Shown here: positions 29,146 to 39,224 of the stretch, in pieces | Position numbering within the stretch: position 1 is the first letter of the stretch | How the letters are laid out: each line of letters starts with the position of its first letter | Assembly (NCBI GenBank): GCA_963810465.1 | Contig: CAWENM010000003.1 | Span: 257,578-321,577, forward strand | Length of the DNA: 64,000 nucleotides | DNA from: an uncultured Acidobacteriota bacterium | GTDB lineage: Bacteria; Actinomycetota; Acidimicrobiia; Spongiisociales; ZC4RG35 | Reading direction: 5' to 3' | Notes under the pieces: generated by a model | Databases searched by the model: none | Told to the model about the DNA's origin: nothing | The model's input: the letters and a program-made list of their open reading frames with translations, nothing else | Translations under genes and position numbers: made by a program

Positions 29146-29875
29146 CCCACGGCTAGCCGAGCGACGACGAGAAGTCGCCGAGGACCGGGCGCGGCGCAAG
29201 GTCAGTCGCCTGGTCAAGTTTCTCGTCGCCTTCGGTCTGATCGGAGCCATCGTCTGGTTGTTTCTCTCGCCCCTGCTCAGCGTTCAAGCCGTGACCGCAT
29301 CGGGCATTGCCGCCAGCTCCGCGGACACGGTCCTGGTCGAGCAAGGTGTGGTCGCGGGCACCCCGCTCATACTGATCCGGGCGGGGAATGTCGAAAGCGC
29401 TCTGGAGACAGACCCGTGGGTCCGTGAGTCGGTCGTCGAGCTCGATTGGCCAACCGGTGTCGTCGTGCGGGTCCAGGAGCGGGTGCCCGTCGCCTGGCTG
29501 GAGACTGCCGAAGGTTGGGGGCTCTACGCCGTCGACGGCGTCCAATTGGCCACTGCGCCCGATCCCGATCCCTCGATGCCGTGGATCCAACTGGGGGCTG
29601 TCCCTGTCGACGAGACCGAATCCTCCCGGGAGGTCCTCGGATCGCTGGAGTTCGCCGCAACCTTGCCCGAAGAGCTCAGAGCCACTGCTCGAGTCCGCAC
29701 CGAGCAAGGTGGGGAGATCTGGGCCGAGGTAGCCGGGTTCCAGGTGAGACTCGGGCGGGCGGTGGAGATGGGTGCCAAGGCTCTGAGTCTGGCCGCACTG
29801 CTCCGCGAGCAGCCCGCCCCGGGCTCGACCTTGACCCTCATCGCCCCGACCCATCCCGCCATCTCCCCACCCTGA
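29132..29875 (+). CDS. ftsQ: Cell division protein FtsQ/DivIB
   Basis: ATG at 29132 (MMKIDPRL...). Basic N-terminus, one TM helix (FLVAFGLIGAIVWLFL), then a POTRA-like region. Canonical position upstream of ftsZ. Confidence 0.75.
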   Translation: MMKIDPRLAERRREVAEDRARRKVSRLVKFLVAFGLIGAIVWLFLSPLLSVQAVTASGIAASSADTVLVEQGVVAGTPLILIRAGNVESALETDPWVRESVVELDWPTGVVVRVQERVPVAWLETAEGWGLYAVDGVQLATAPDPDPSMPWIQLGAVPVDETESSREVLGSLEFAATLPEELRATARVRTEQGGEIWAEVAGFQVRLGRAVEMGAKALSLAALLREQPAPGSTLTLIAPTHPAISPP

Positions 29876-29992
29876 TCTGACGGGCCTGCACCTGTAGACG
29901 TCTAGTTGAGGGTTAGAGATTGCGTCTTTACTTACCTGCCGGCAAACGGTAAACCTCTACTTCAGCTTCCGATATCCACTGGAGGAATTGTC

Positions 29993-31042
29993 GTGAACTC
30001 GTCGAGCGGCGGCTATTTGGCCGTCATCAAAGTCGTAGGGATCGGCGGTGGCGGCGTCAATGCCGTCAATCGCATGGTCGAAGCGGGCATACGCGGTGTC
30101 GAGTTCATCGCGTTGAACACCGATGCCCAGGCACTGCTCATGAGCGATGCCGATGTCAAACTCGACATCGGGCGCGAGGTGACCAGAGGTCTGGGCGCAG
30201 GCGCCAACCCCGAGATCGGTCGGGCCGCCGCCGAAGAGCACAAGGCGGAGCTCGAGGACGTCCTCAAGGGCTCCGACATGATCTTCATCACCGCCGGGGA
30301 GGGTGGTGGCACCGGTACCGGTGGGGCTCCGGTCGTGGCCGAGGTGGCGCGCTCCGTAGGCGCCCTCACCGTTGGTGTGGTGACGCGGCCTTTTGGCTTC
30401 GAAGGACGACGTCGCGCCGTCCATGCCGAACAGGGCATCGACGATCTCAAGGACGCGGTCGACACCCTGATCGTCATCCCCAACGACAGATTGCTCGAGG
30501 TCGGGGACCCCGAAGCCCCGATCGCCGAGACATTCCGTCTCGCCGATGAGGTCTTGATGAGTGGTGTTGCCGGCATAACCGATCTGATCACAACCCCCGG
30601 GCTTATCAATGTGGACTTCGCCGACGTGCGGACCATCATGTCTGACGCCGGGTCTGCGGTGATGGGCATCGGCAGGGCAACCGGTGAGAATCGGGCCAAG
30701 CAGGCCGCCGAGAGGGCCATCTCCAGCCCGATGCTGGAGACCTCGATGGAAGGCGCCAAGGGTGTCCTTCTCTCCGTATCCGGTCCCTCCTCGATGACCT
30801 TGCATGAGGCCACGGAGGCGGCACGAGTCGTAGCCGACCACGCCGACACCGAGGCGGACATCATCTTCGGGGCGATCGTCGACGACGATCTCGGTGAGGA
30901 GATGAAGGTGACCGTGATCGCTGCTGGATTCGAACGGAGACGACAGGGTCGGCCGGCGACAACGCGGCCATCGACCCGGTCTTACTCGGGCTTCGAGGAG
31001 GGTGACGACGTCCTCGACATCCCGACCTTCGTGCAAGGGTGA
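29993..31042 (+). CDS. ftsZ: Cell division GTPase FtsZ
   Basis: GGAGG Shine-Dalgarno, then GTG at 29993. [17 protein letters not shown] tubulin signature, NTDAQAL. 349 aa. Confidence 0.92.
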   Translation: MNSSSGGYLAVIKVVGIGGGGVNAVNRMVEAGIRGVEFIALNTDAQALLMSDADVKLDIGREVTRGLGAGANPEIGRAAAEEHKAELEDVLKGSDMIFITAGEGGGTGTGGAPVVAEVARSVGALTVGVVTRPFGFEGRRRAVHAEQGIDDLKDAVDTLIVIPNDRLLEVGDPEAPIAETFRLADEVLMSGVAGITDLITTPGLINVDFADVRTIMSDAGSAVMGIGRATGENRAKQAAERAISSPMLETSMEGAKGVLLSVSGPSSMTLHEATEAARVVADHADTEADIIFGAIVDDDLGEEMKVTVIAAGFERRRQGRPATTRPSTRSYSGFEEGDDVLDIPTFVQG

Positions 31043-31662
31043 ATCGGCCCCCCGGTGTCGACGGGGCGGCCTTCACCGACGCATCTGACGGAGATCAGCG
31101 CAACGACCTGACCGCCCGATCCGCAGTGTCGTCCTGGCTCGGTATCTCACGTGAGTGGGCCACCGTCCGACAGGTCCACGGGGCCGTCCTCACCCGGGCG
31201 GAATCGTCAGGGGAGCTCGACGACGCCGATGCCATCTGGAGCGACGTGCCGCGCCTCCCGGTGGCGGTGTTCACAGCCGATTGTTTCGGCGTGGTGCTCA
31301 AGTCGGAATCCGCAGTGGGAGTCGCTCACGCCGGATGGCGCGGAGTGGCGAGTGGTGTGGTCCTCGTTCTCAGGGAGGAGATGACCCGCCAGGGTCATGT
31401 GCCCGTGGCAGCCGCCGTCGGGCCCGGGATCGGCCCCTGTTGTTTCGAAGTGGGGCTCGAGGTGGCGGAGAGGTTCCCCCAGGATGTGGCCGAGACCCGA
31501 TGGGGAGCGACTTCGGTGGACCTCATCTCGGCATTGAGGCGCCAACTCGATGGCATGGATATCTGGGTATCCGGTGCCTGCACGATGCATGAGATGAGCC
31601 TCTACAGCCATCGTCGAAACCGGACGGCCCTGCGCAACGCGACGATTGCCTGGGTGTCATGA
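31039..31662 (+). CDS. pgeF: Peptidoglycan editing factor PgeF / YfiH (DUF152 laccase-domain protein)
   Basis: GTG overlaps the ftsZ TGA. Conserved His/Cys motif context ([10 protein letters not shown]...VAHAGWRG...GPCCFEVG). Classical post-ftsZ position. Confidence 0.75.
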   Translation: MNRPPGVDGAAFTDASDGDQRNDLTARSAVSSWLGISREWATVRQVHGAVLTRAESSGELDDADAIWSDVPRLPVAVFTADCFGVVLKSESAVGVAHAGWRGVASGVVLVLREEMTRQGHVPVAAAVGPGIGPCCFEVGLEVAERFPQDVAETRWGATSVDLISALRRQLDGMDIWVSGACTMHEMSLYSHRRNRTALRNATIAWVS

Positions 31663-32312
31663 GCTACGAAGACGTCCTCACGCGGATGGCCGCCGCCGCG
31701 GAGCGAGTCGGCCGGGATCCTTACTCGATCACATTGGTGGCGGTGTCAAAGGCGAAATCGGTGCCCGACATCGAGGCCGTGTACCGGTTGGGCCACCGCG
31801 ACTTTGGTGAGAACCGGGCGCAGGAGATGGCGGAGAAGGCGGCGAGGTTGCCCGATGACATCCGCTGGCACTTCGTGGGCGGTCTGCAAACGAACAAGGC
31901 TCGTCTGATCCGGCCGATCACCCATCTCCTCCATTCGATGGACAGGCCATCCCTCGCCGGAGCATGGGCGAAGGGAGCCGGTCTGCCCCCACCGGCCCTG
32001 TTGCAGGTCAACACCGGGCATGAGCTCCAGAAGTCGGGAGCGACGCCCGACGATGCCCGATCCATCCTCTCTGAAGTCGTGTCCCTCGGGCTGGAAGTCC
32101 GCGGGTTGATGGCGATCCCACCGCTCACCGAAGACCCGGAGGCCCAGCGGCCCCACTTCGCCATGTTGCGGGAGATCCAATCCGAGCTGGCCGCCGAGTA
32201 CCCCGGAATCATCGAGCTCTCGATGGGGATGACCGATGACTTCGAGATCGCGATCGAGGAAGGCTCCTCAATTATCCGCGTGGGACGGGCTATCTTTGGT
32301 GAACGCACTTGA
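31659..32312 (+). CDS. yggS: YggS-family PLP homeostasis protein
   Basis: VAVSKAKSV carries the PLP-lysine. HFVGGLQTNKA and the alanine-racemase N-domain fold motif are present. ATGA overlap with pgeF. Confidence 0.85.
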   Translation: MSYEDVLTRMAAAAERVGRDPYSITLVAVSKAKSVPDIEAVYRLGHRDFGENRAQEMAEKAARLPDDIRWHFVGGLQTNKARLIRPITHLLHSMDRPSLAGAWAKGAGLPPPALLQVNTGHELQKSGATPDDARSILSEVVSLGLEVRGLMAIPPLTEDPEAQRPHFAMLREIQSELAAEYPGIIELSMGMTDDFEIAIEEGSSIIRVGRAIFGERT

Positions 32313-32321
32313 CGGAGTGAT

Positions 32322-32855
32322 ATGTCGTCACTGTTCTCCAAAGCTCTCGTCTACCTGGGATTGGTCGACGAGGACCAGATGGATTCCGAGACTGCCGATC
32401 GTCCGGCATCCGGTCCCATCGAGGAGCCGGCGCGGCGTGTCGAGCCCCGGCGTGTCGAGCCATTTCCGCAGAGCCGGAGGGTGGAGCCGCCACCGACTGC
32501 TCGTGCTGCCACCAGGCCCCAGGGTCGCGAGGGCTCCGAGACCGTCGGGGTGGTGAGGGCTGTCGAGACGCAGTCGGACGTGATCCTGGTCGAGGAGTTC
32601 GGCGACGCGCGAATCCTGGCCGATCGCATCCGCGACCGGGTGCCCGTCGTACTCGACATGCGCAGGGCGGACCACGATCTGGTTCGTCGGGTGGTCGATT
32701 TCTCCTCGGGCTTGATCTACGCACTCGACGGCTCGATGCGAAAAGTGGGCGACGGCCTCGTGGTGGTCCTGCCCCCGCGAGTCACCTTGAGCCGGGAGGA
32801 AAAGCGGCGTCTCTCCACGCTGGGGGCCTACGAGCTCGACGACATCGACGACTGA
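32322..32855 (+). CDS. sepF: Cell division protein SepF
   Basis: N-terminal MSSLFSKALVYLGLVD (membrane-binding amphipathic helix). The C-terminal SepF core (VILVEEFGDARILADRIRDRVPVVLDMRRADHDLVRRVVDFSSGLIYALDGSM) is well conserved. Confidence 0.85.
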   Translation: MSSLFSKALVYLGLVDEDQMDSETADRPASGPIEEPARRVEPRRVEPFPQSRRVEPPPTARAATRPQGREGSETVGVVRAVETQSDVILVEEFGDARILADRIRDRVPVVLDMRRADHDLVRRVVDFSSGLIYALDGSMRKVGDGLVVVLPPRVTLSREEKRRLSTLGAYELDDIDD

Positions 32856-32858
32856 GCT

Positions 32859-33128
32859 GTGAACATCGGCGGCGTCCTGAACCTGATCCTCCAGATCTAC
32901 TTCTATGCCGTCCTGGCCTGGGTGATCCTGTCCTGGATCCCCACGTCCTCGGAGCACCCGCTCGGCAAGGTCAATGTGTTCCTCGATCGGATCATCTACC
33001 CCGTGATTCTCCCGCTTCGGCGTGTCATCCCTCCAGTTCGTCTCGGAGGGGGGATGCTCGATCTATCCCCGATCGTGCTCCTCATCGGGCTCCAGTTGTT
33101 GATGGGCTTGGTGCGAGGAATCTTCTGA
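32859..33128 (+). CDS. yggT: YggT-family membrane protein
   Basis: 89 aa with two TM helices. The YggT motif context (ILQIYFYAVLAWVILSWIP) is present. Position sepF-yggT-divIVA. Confidence 0.8.
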   Translation: MNIGGVLNLILQIYFYAVLAWVILSWIPTSSEHPLGKVNVFLDRIIYPVILPLRRVIPPVRLGGGMLDLSPIVLLIGLQLLMGLVRGIF

Positions 33129-33187
33129 TCCTTGGAGCCGGGCCGCTTCGTTCGTATCCTCACTCCAGAACCAAGGGGTATAAAGCT

Positions 33188-33943
33188 ATGGCGATAACAC
33201 CTGCCGACATCGAGAAGAAGACCTTCTCCACCGCGTTGCGGGGTTACGACCTCGACGAGGTCGATGATTTCCTGGACGAGATGGTGGTGGCCGTCCGTGA
33301 GCTCGAGGAGGAGTTGACTCGGTCCAAGGAGCGAGTCGCACAGCTCGAAAACGACCCGGAGGCAATGGCGGCTGTCGCCGCTGCGCCGCCCCCACCCGGG
33401 CCTGACGAGTCGGCGGTCGGACGCGCCCTCATCGCTGCCCAGACGGCAGCCGACAGGTTGCTCGAGGATGCCCAAAGCGAAGCGGACAAGATCGTCGGGG
33501 ACGCCAGATCGGAAGCCGACAGCTTCGCCCAGGAGCGGGACAGGAAAAAGGCTGACGTCGACGCCGAGATGGCCGAGATGACGGGTCTGGTCGCCGGTGT
33601 CCGCAATCAGCTCGCTGTTCTCGCTACCACTGTGGCCGACAAGCTCGATGAGATGGATGCGGTGGTGTCCGGCGCCCACAGCCAGGGCGCGATCGAACCA
33701 GAAACCGACACTGGCACCGCCGATTCCGGGGACGACCTCGCCGACGAGGCTCCGGAGGACGTCGCGATAGACGACACCGACGACGGAGACCCGGATGTCG
33801 AGGAGGGCGATGATTCCGGACCGGGTGAGGAAGCGGGCCTCGAGGTGGACCTCGCGGACGTCGAGTCCGGCAACGAGGGCGACGACGATGCCGGCTCGTC
33901 AGAGATCGAAGGCGGGGACGGCGAGGAGAACCAGGAGATCTGA
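33188..33943 (+). CDS. divIVA: DivIVA-domain protein (Wag31-like)
   Basis: ITPADIEKKTFSTALRGYDLDEVDDFLDEMV is the DivIVA N-terminal lipid-binding domain. Coiled coil and acidic C-terminal tail. Confidence 0.88.
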   Translation: MAITPADIEKKTFSTALRGYDLDEVDDFLDEMVVAVRELEEELTRSKERVAQLENDPEAMAAVAAAPPPPGPDESAVGRALIAAQTAADRLLEDAQSEADKIVGDARSEADSFAQERDRKKADVDAEMAEMTGLVAGVRNQLAVLATTVADKLDEMDAVVSGAHSQGAIEPETDTGTADSGDDLADEAPEDVAIDDTDDGDPDVEEGDDSGPGEEAGLEVDLADVESGNEGDDDAGSSEIEGGDGEENQEI

Positions 33944-34142
33944 TCGAGGACCCGGTCCGCGACCTCGGCTTCTCCTATCGGGCCTATCGTCCCAACGAGG
34001 TCGTGATATCACGACATGGGGTCGATGTGACGACCCTTCGCGGAGAGGCAGCCGAGAAGTTCATCAGCCGCCTCGACCAGGGCGACCCCCAGCTGCTCAT
34101 GGCCCGGGTCACGGGGAACTACAAGCGAGGCAACGAGCGTCG

Positions 34143-37100
34143 CTAGCCGGTCGTGGTCGGATCGACCACCAACGAGACAGTCCGCCGATCGATTTCGAAC
34201 GACTCGCCACGGTCGTCGTCGGACTCGTTGATCGAGATCGCGAGCACCTCGGCACCGATCTCCGCTGCATGGGTGAAGATGGCGGAGCGAATCAGCGGGT
34301 CTTCGCTCTTCCACTGCAGAACCACCCGGTCGGTCACGTCCAGGCCCGCCTCCCGTCGCAGCCGCTGTACCCGGCTGATCACCTCCCTGGCTATGCCCTC
34401 GAGAAGCAATTCATCCGACACATGAGTGTCGAGAGCCACCGCGAAGACGACGCCGGCCTCGACCACGGTTTCGTCCCGCGGCGTGCGCTCGATTAGCAAA
34501 TCCGACAAGCCGAGGTCGCGCCCGCCGATGGAGACTGTGCCGCCCTCGAGGACCGCTTCGAGATCGTCGGGTTGCAGAGCGGCGATGGAAGCGGCTGCCT
34601 CGGGCATCGCCGACCCGAACAGCGGCCCGAGGATTCGGAAGTTGGCCTTGGCCGACAGGTGGACCAGCGCCCCCTCGTCAGATGAGGTGATCACCTCCCT
34701 CACATTGAGCTCGTCTGCAATCACCTCAGAGTGCGTCTCCACTGCCCGGGCAACGATGGGATCACGGGCGAGCACCGTCAGCCGCATCAAGGGCTGACGG
34801 ACGCGGAGACCCTCTCTCTTGCGAAGGTTCCGGCCCAGGCGAACCACCTCCCTGACCACCCCCATCGCCGATTCCAGGTCCTGGTCGATGAGGGCGGTCT
34901 CTGCTTCGGGGAAATCGCGGTGATGGACGCTTGTCACCGCATCCGGGTTATGACGTGCGACCAGGTCCTGATAGAGGTGCTCGGTGATAAATGGCAGGAC
35001 CGGGGCGAGCACCTCGATGAAGGTGGTCAGCACTTCGTACAGGGTGGCGAAGGCAGCCAACTTGTCGGCATCGCCTTCACCCGACTCACCTCGGGCCCGC
35101 CAAAACCGACGTCGGGAGCGGCGGACGTACCAGTTGGTGAGGTGATCGATGAACCCCAGAGTGGGTGGCACGACGTTGTAGAGGTAGTAGCCCTCCATTT
35201 GGGTGTTGACCTCGGAGACGAGGCTCTGCAGGACGGACAGGATCCATCGATCCAGCTCCGGCCGCTCATCGGGAGGCGGAGCCATCTCGAGATCGGCAAC
35301 GGTGATGCCGTCGGCCTCGGCGTAGGTGGTGAAGAAGCTGTAGGTGTTCCACATTGGCAGCAGGACCGTGCGGACTACCTCTGCGACCCCATCGCTGCTG
35401 AAGCGGAGGGGCTCGGCTCGGAGCACCGGCGAGTTGATGAGGAAGGCGCGCAACGCATCGGCGCCCATGTGATCGAAGATCCCCGATGGGTCCGGATAGT
35501 TCTTAAGGCTCTTGGACATCTTTCGCCCGTCCTCGGCCAGGATCAGCCCGTTGACCACGCAGTTCTCGAACGCAGGGGCGTCGAACAGAGCGGTGGAGAG
35601 GACGATGAGCGTGTAGAACCAGCCCCGGGTCTGGTCGAGCCCCTCTGCGATGAACTTGGCGGGGAAGGCGGCCTCGAATCGCTCGGCATTCTCGAACGGG
35701 TAGTGGAGCATCCCGTAGGGCATCGAGCCCGATTCGAACCAGCCGTCGAGGACCTCGGGGACCCTGATCATCGATCCTCCGCAGGACGAGCAGGCCCACC
35801 CGATCTCATCGACGACGTGTTTGTGGAGGTCGGCGGGCCGTTGGCCGGAGAGACTCTCCAACTCGTCGAGGGATCCGACGGCGACCGCTTCGTCACACCC
35901 GGTGCATTCCCAGACCGGGATGCATGAGCCCCAGTACCGGTTACGGCTGACCGCCCAATCACGTGCATTCGCCACCCAGTTCCCGAAACGACGGCTTCCC
36001 ACGTAGTCCGGGACCCAGTGGATGGTGTCATTGATCTCCACCATGCGGTCCCTGATCTCCTCGACCCGGATGAACCAGGTGGGAATCGCCTTGTAGATCA
36101 ATGGGGTGCCGGTCCGCTCGCAGAAAGGGTACGAGTGTGTCATACGGTCGGAATGCACGAGGTTGCCCGAGTCCCTCAAGAGCTCGATGAGCGTGTCATC
36201 GGCCACCTTGACGTTCAGACCGGCGACCTCGGCAACCTGCTCTGTGAAGTTTCCCTCGGCGTCGACCGGATCGACCAGGGATTCGATCCCGGCCGCCTTG
36301 AGCGCGTAGAAGTCGGCCTCGCCGTAGGCAGGGGCCATGTGAACCAACCCCGTCCCCTCCTCGACGGTCACCTCCGGTGAAGAGACGATGCGGAATGCCC
36401 CCGACTCACCCTCCCCGATGAAGTGATCGAATGGCGGCCGATAGGGGACACCGAGCAGCTCGGACCCCTTGGCTTCGCCGACCACATTGGGGTCGTCGCC
36501 GAACACGGTCGCAGCGCGCGCAGCGGCGATCCAATAGTGCTCATCGCCCCAATCTTGTTCATCGCCGCTGATGCGGGAATAGACGATGTCCTCGCCGACC
36601 GCTACCGCCAGGTTGCCGGGAAGGGTCCACGGCGTGGTCGTCCAGATGAGGAGGAAGTCGCCGGCCTTCACCGGGCCGCCATCTTGGAGCACCTCGAGCC
36701 TCACGGTGATGGACGGATCCTCCACATCGCGATAGTCCTTGTTCGCCTCGAAATTAGAGAGCGGTGTCGCCGCCCCCCAGGAGTAGGGGAGGACCTTGAA
36801 GTCCTTGTAGACCAGACCCTTGTCCCAGAGCTGTTTGAACACCCACCAGACGGTCTCCATGTACTCGGGGTCCAGGGTCTTGTAGTCGTTCTCGAAGTCG
36901 ACCCAGCGGCCGATCCGCTCGGTGAGAACCTCCCAGTTCTCCGTATTGGCCTGGACAACGCTCCGGGCGGCTTCATTGAACCGGTCGACACCGTATTCGG
37001 CGATCGCCTTGGGACCGGAGATTCCCAGGCGCTTCTCGACCTCGATCTCGATCGGAAGCCCGTGGGTGTCCCAGCCGAACCGCCTCTCGACGCGGTAGCC

Positions 37101-37361
37101 GCGCATGGTCCAATATCGGGGCACCATGTCCTTGATCACGCCGGCCAAGAGGTTGCCGTAGTGCGGGCTCCCTGTGGGGAACGGTGGCCCGTCGTAGAAG
37201 ATGTACTCGTTGTCGGCGGGGCGTCGCTGAACCGATTCCTCGAAGGCCTTGGTCCTGCGCCACAGTTCGAGGATGCCCATTTCCATGGCGGGAATGTCCA
37301 CCGCGGGCTCAACCCGGGTGAAACCGGTACCGGCTCGCTTGTCCTGCGCGTCAGTCGTCAT
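34143..37361 (-). CDS. ileS: Isoleucine--tRNA ligase (type 2, eukaryote-like form common in actinobacteria)
   Basis: HYGNLLAG (HIGH), KMSKSLKN (KMSKS), a large editing domain and the C-terminal Zn-free extension. Proposed start MTTDAQDKRAG at 37361. The track's 109-aa N-terminal extension is Arg-rich and reaches into the divergent gene region. Confidence 0.9.
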   Translation of the reverse strand: MTTDAQDKRAGTGFTRVEPAVDIPAMEMGILELWRRTKAFEESVQRRPADNEYIFYDGPPFPTGSPHYGNLLAGVIKDMVPRYWTMRGYRVERRFGWDTHGLPIEIEVEKRLGISGPKAIAEYGVDRFNEAARSVVQANTENWEVLTERIGRWVDFENDYKTLDPEYMETVWWVFKQLWDKGLVYKDFKVLPYSWGAATPLSNFEANKDYRDVEDPSITVRLEVLQDGGPVKAGDFLLIWTTTPWTLPGNLAVAVGEDIVYSRISGDEQDWGDEHYWIAAARAATVFGDDPNVVGEAKGSELLGVPYRPPFDHFIGEGESGAFRIVSSPEVTVEEGTGLVHMAPAYGEADFYALKAAGIESLVDPVDAEGNFTEQVAEVAGLNVKVADDTLIELLRDSGNLVHSDRMTHSYPFCERTGTPLIYKAIPTWFIRVEEIRDRMVEINDTIHWVPDYVGSRRFGNWVANARDWAVSRNRYWGSCIPVWECTGCDEAVAVGSLDELESLSGQRPADLHKHVVDEIGWACSSCGGSMIRVPEVLDGWFESGSMPYGMLHYPFENAERFEAAFPAKFIAEGLDQTRGWFYTLIVLSTALFDAPAFENCVVNGLILAEDGRKMSKSLKNYPDPSGIFDHMGADALRAFLINSPVLRAEPLRFSSDGVAEVVRTVLLPMWNTYSFFTTYAEADGITVADLEMAPPPDERPELDRWILSVLQSLVSEVNTQMEGYYLYNVVPPTLGFIDHLTNWYVRRSRRRFWRARGESGEGDADKLAAFATLYEVLTTFIEVLAPVLPFITEHLYQDLVARHNPDAVTSVHHRDFPEAETALIDQDLESAMGVVREVVRLGRNLRKREGLRVRQPLMRLTVLARDPIVARAVETHSEVIADELNVREVITSSDEGALVHLSAKANFRILGPLFGSAMPEAAASIAALQPDDLEAVLEGGTVSIGGRDLGLSDLLIERTPRDETVVEAGVVFAVALDTHVSDELLLEGIAREVISRVQRLRREAGLDVTDRVVLQWKSEDPLIRSAIFTHAAEIGAEVLAISINESDDDRGESFEIDRRTVSLVVDPTTTG

Positions 37362-37468
37362 GGGAGTCGGAGATGCTAGGGCGCGGCCTCGAGTTGCACC
37401 CTTCGGCGAAACCCGCCCGATAGCGGTCGTGCGTTGGTAGGGTTTCCGCCCTTTAGCAGGGGTTTCCC

Positions 37469-37840
37469 GTGGCCAGACAGCTCGCCAAGTCAACCGTAGA
37501 CAAATTCCGGTCGAGACTGGAAGAGGAGCAGGCGCGGCTTCAGGGGCTCGTCGACGATTACGAGCAAGAATTGGAAGAGGCGCGACTCTCAGAGAGCTCG
37601 TCCGACCGCAGTCCCGACCCCGGCAATGCCGAAGCCAGCTCGACGAAGCTGGAGTACGCCAAGGAGCTCTCGATCGAGCAGAACACACTCGATCTACTCA
37701 GCAAAGTCGAGCGGGCGTTGGAGAAGATAGAACAGGGCACATACGGCATATGCGAGAGCTGTGGCAAGTCGATTCCCCTGGCCAGACTCGACGTCCTTCC
37801 CTACGTGACGCTCTGCGTCGACTGCGCACGCAAGGCTTGA
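37469..37840 (+). CDS. TraR/DksA-family C4-type zinc-finger regulator
   Basis: Coiled-coil N-terminus plus C-terminal CESCGKSIPLARLDVLPYVTLCVDC (CxxC-17-CxxC). Divergent from ileS and upstream of lspA. Confidence 0.75.
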   Translation: MARQLAKSTVDKFRSRLEEEQARLQGLVDDYEQELEEARLSESSSDRSPDPGNAEASSTKLEYAKELSIEQNTLDLLSKVERALEKIEQGTYGICESCGKSIPLARLDVLPYVTLCVDCARKA

Positions 37841-38298
37841 TCCGCCGGTACGCCCTAGGGGTCGGGTTGGCCGCGTTCGTCGTTCTCCTCGACGTGATCA
37901 CCAAGCGATGGGCATCGATCGAGCTCGTCGACAGCGACATAGTGATCATCCCCAACTTCCTGGTGCTCACCTATACCGAGAACCCTGGCGCTGCCTTCTC
38001 GATGTTCGAGAACGCCGGCCCGTTCTTCGGCATCGCGGCCATCACTGTCAGTGCGGCGCTCCTCTGGTCTCTCCGGCTGGAGCGCCCGTGGATGGAGACG
38101 GCCGCCTACGGCCTGATCATCGGTGGCGCGCTGGGGAATCTCGTCGACAGGGTGTTTCGCGGGCCCGGTCTGCTCGATGGGAGGGTCATCGACTGGATCG
38201 ATCTCTGGTGGATCCCGACTTTCAACGTGGCCGACATGTCGATCACGATCGCGGTCGGGCTGCTACTGATACACGCGTGGCTGACACGCTCGACCTAG
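37837..38298 (+). CDS. lspA: Lipoprotein signal peptidase (signal peptidase II)
   Basis: TTG at 37837 overlaps the upstream TGA. Four TM helices. Conserved LspA motifs NPGAAFS and FNVAD (catalytic Asp). Confidence 0.8.
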   Translation: MIRRYALGVGLAAFVVLLDVITKRWASIELVDSDIVIIPNFLVLTYTENPGAAFSMFENAGPFFGIAAITVSAALLWSLRLERPWMETAAYGLIIGGALGNLVDRVFRGPGLLDGRVIDWIDLWWIPTFNVADMSITIAVGLLLIHAWLTRST

Positions 38299-39197
38299 AG
38301 GTACCCGAGCGCCTCGAAGGGCAACGGGTCGACAAAGTACTGGCCGACCTGCTCCACTTGAGTCGTGCCCAGGCCCGAGCCCTGCTCGATGCGGGCGTGC
38401 TTCTCGACGGCGCTCCGGCCCGGCCCAGCGACCGGGTTCGCACCGGGGCGGTGGTCGTGTCCCCTGCGCCTGAGGTCGCCATTGGGCTCGTGGCCGAGCC
38501 GGTCGATTTCGGGGTGATCTACGAGGATCCAGACATGATCGTGGTCGATAAGCCCGCCGGCCTCGTCGTCCACCCTGGTTCCGGTCACGAGCGCTCCACT
38601 CTGGCGGCCGGCTTGCTTTATCGATATCCGGAGCTCGAGGGTGTGGGGGCAGTGGGGCGCTGGGGCCTGATCCATCGGCTCGACCGGGACACATCCGGCG
38701 TCCTGCTCGTTGGTCGAACGGCTGCATCCTTCGAGCGGCTCAACTCTGACATGGCACGACGACGGATACGAAGGCTCTACACGACGCTCGTTCATGGCAC
38801 CTTTGCCACCCCCACTGGAACCATCGACGCCCCGATCGGCCGTGATCCGGACCGGCCGACGAGGCGAGCTGTCGTCCCTGGTGGGAAACCTGCAGTCACC
38901 CATTACGAGGTCGTCGAGGAGTTCACCCCGGCGGATGTGTCTTTGCTCGAAGTGGCACTGGCGACGGGCCGCACCCACCAGATCAGGGTCCACATGACCG
39001 CCATCGATCACCCGATCGTCGGCGACAAGGCCTACTCGAGCATGAACAAGGCCGTCGAAAGCCCACGAATCTTCCTCCATGCCCAGCAGGTGAGTCTGCA
39101 TCATCCCGTCACCGAGGAGGAGCTCACCTTCACGTCGCCAGTGCCATCCGATCTGACCGAAGTCCTCGATTTCGTCCGTTCCGCGGAGGAGGGGTAA
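38277..39197 (+). CDS. rluD: RluA-family 23S rRNA pseudouridine synthase (RluD-like)
   Basis: GTG at 38277. S4-like N-terminal domain. HRLDRDTSGVLLVG has the catalytic Asp in the HRLD motif. KAYSSMNK C-terminal motif. lspA-rluD is a conserved pair. Confidence 0.85.
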   Translation: MADTLDLEVPERLEGQRVDKVLADLLHLSRAQARALLDAGVLLDGAPARPSDRVRTGAVVVSPAPEVAIGLVAEPVDFGVIYEDPDMIVVDKPAGLVVHPGSGHERSTLAAGLLYRYPELEGVGAVGRWGLIHRLDRDTSGVLLVGRTAASFERLNSDMARRRIRRLYTTLVHGTFATPTGTIDAPIGRDPDRPTRRAVVPGGKPAVTHYEVVEEFTPADVSLLEVALATGRTHQIRVHMTAIDHPIVGDKAYSSMNKAVESPRIFLHAQQVSLHHPVTEEELTFTSPVPSDLTEVLDFVRSAEEG

Positions 39198-39224
39198 GCC
39201 CATGACGGCGATACCGTTCCGGCC

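Noticed and set aside
29957-31036. 359-aa minus ORF
   Set aside because: Antisense to ftsZ.
34731-37379. Plus-strand ORFs of 398 and 318 aa
   Set aside because: Both are antisense to ileS, which is unambiguously coded on the minus strand.
37362-37468. Possible T-box riboswitch leader upstream of ileS, as is common for actinobacterial ileS
   Set aside because: The minus-strand leader has AGGGUG (the first 6 nt of the T-box consensus) and an AUC in a predicted loop. It lacks a UGGN bulge sequence and a clear Shine-Dalgarno sequestering helix, and the spacer is only 107 nt. Not supportable without covariance-model scoring; a cmsearch with RF00230 would settle it.
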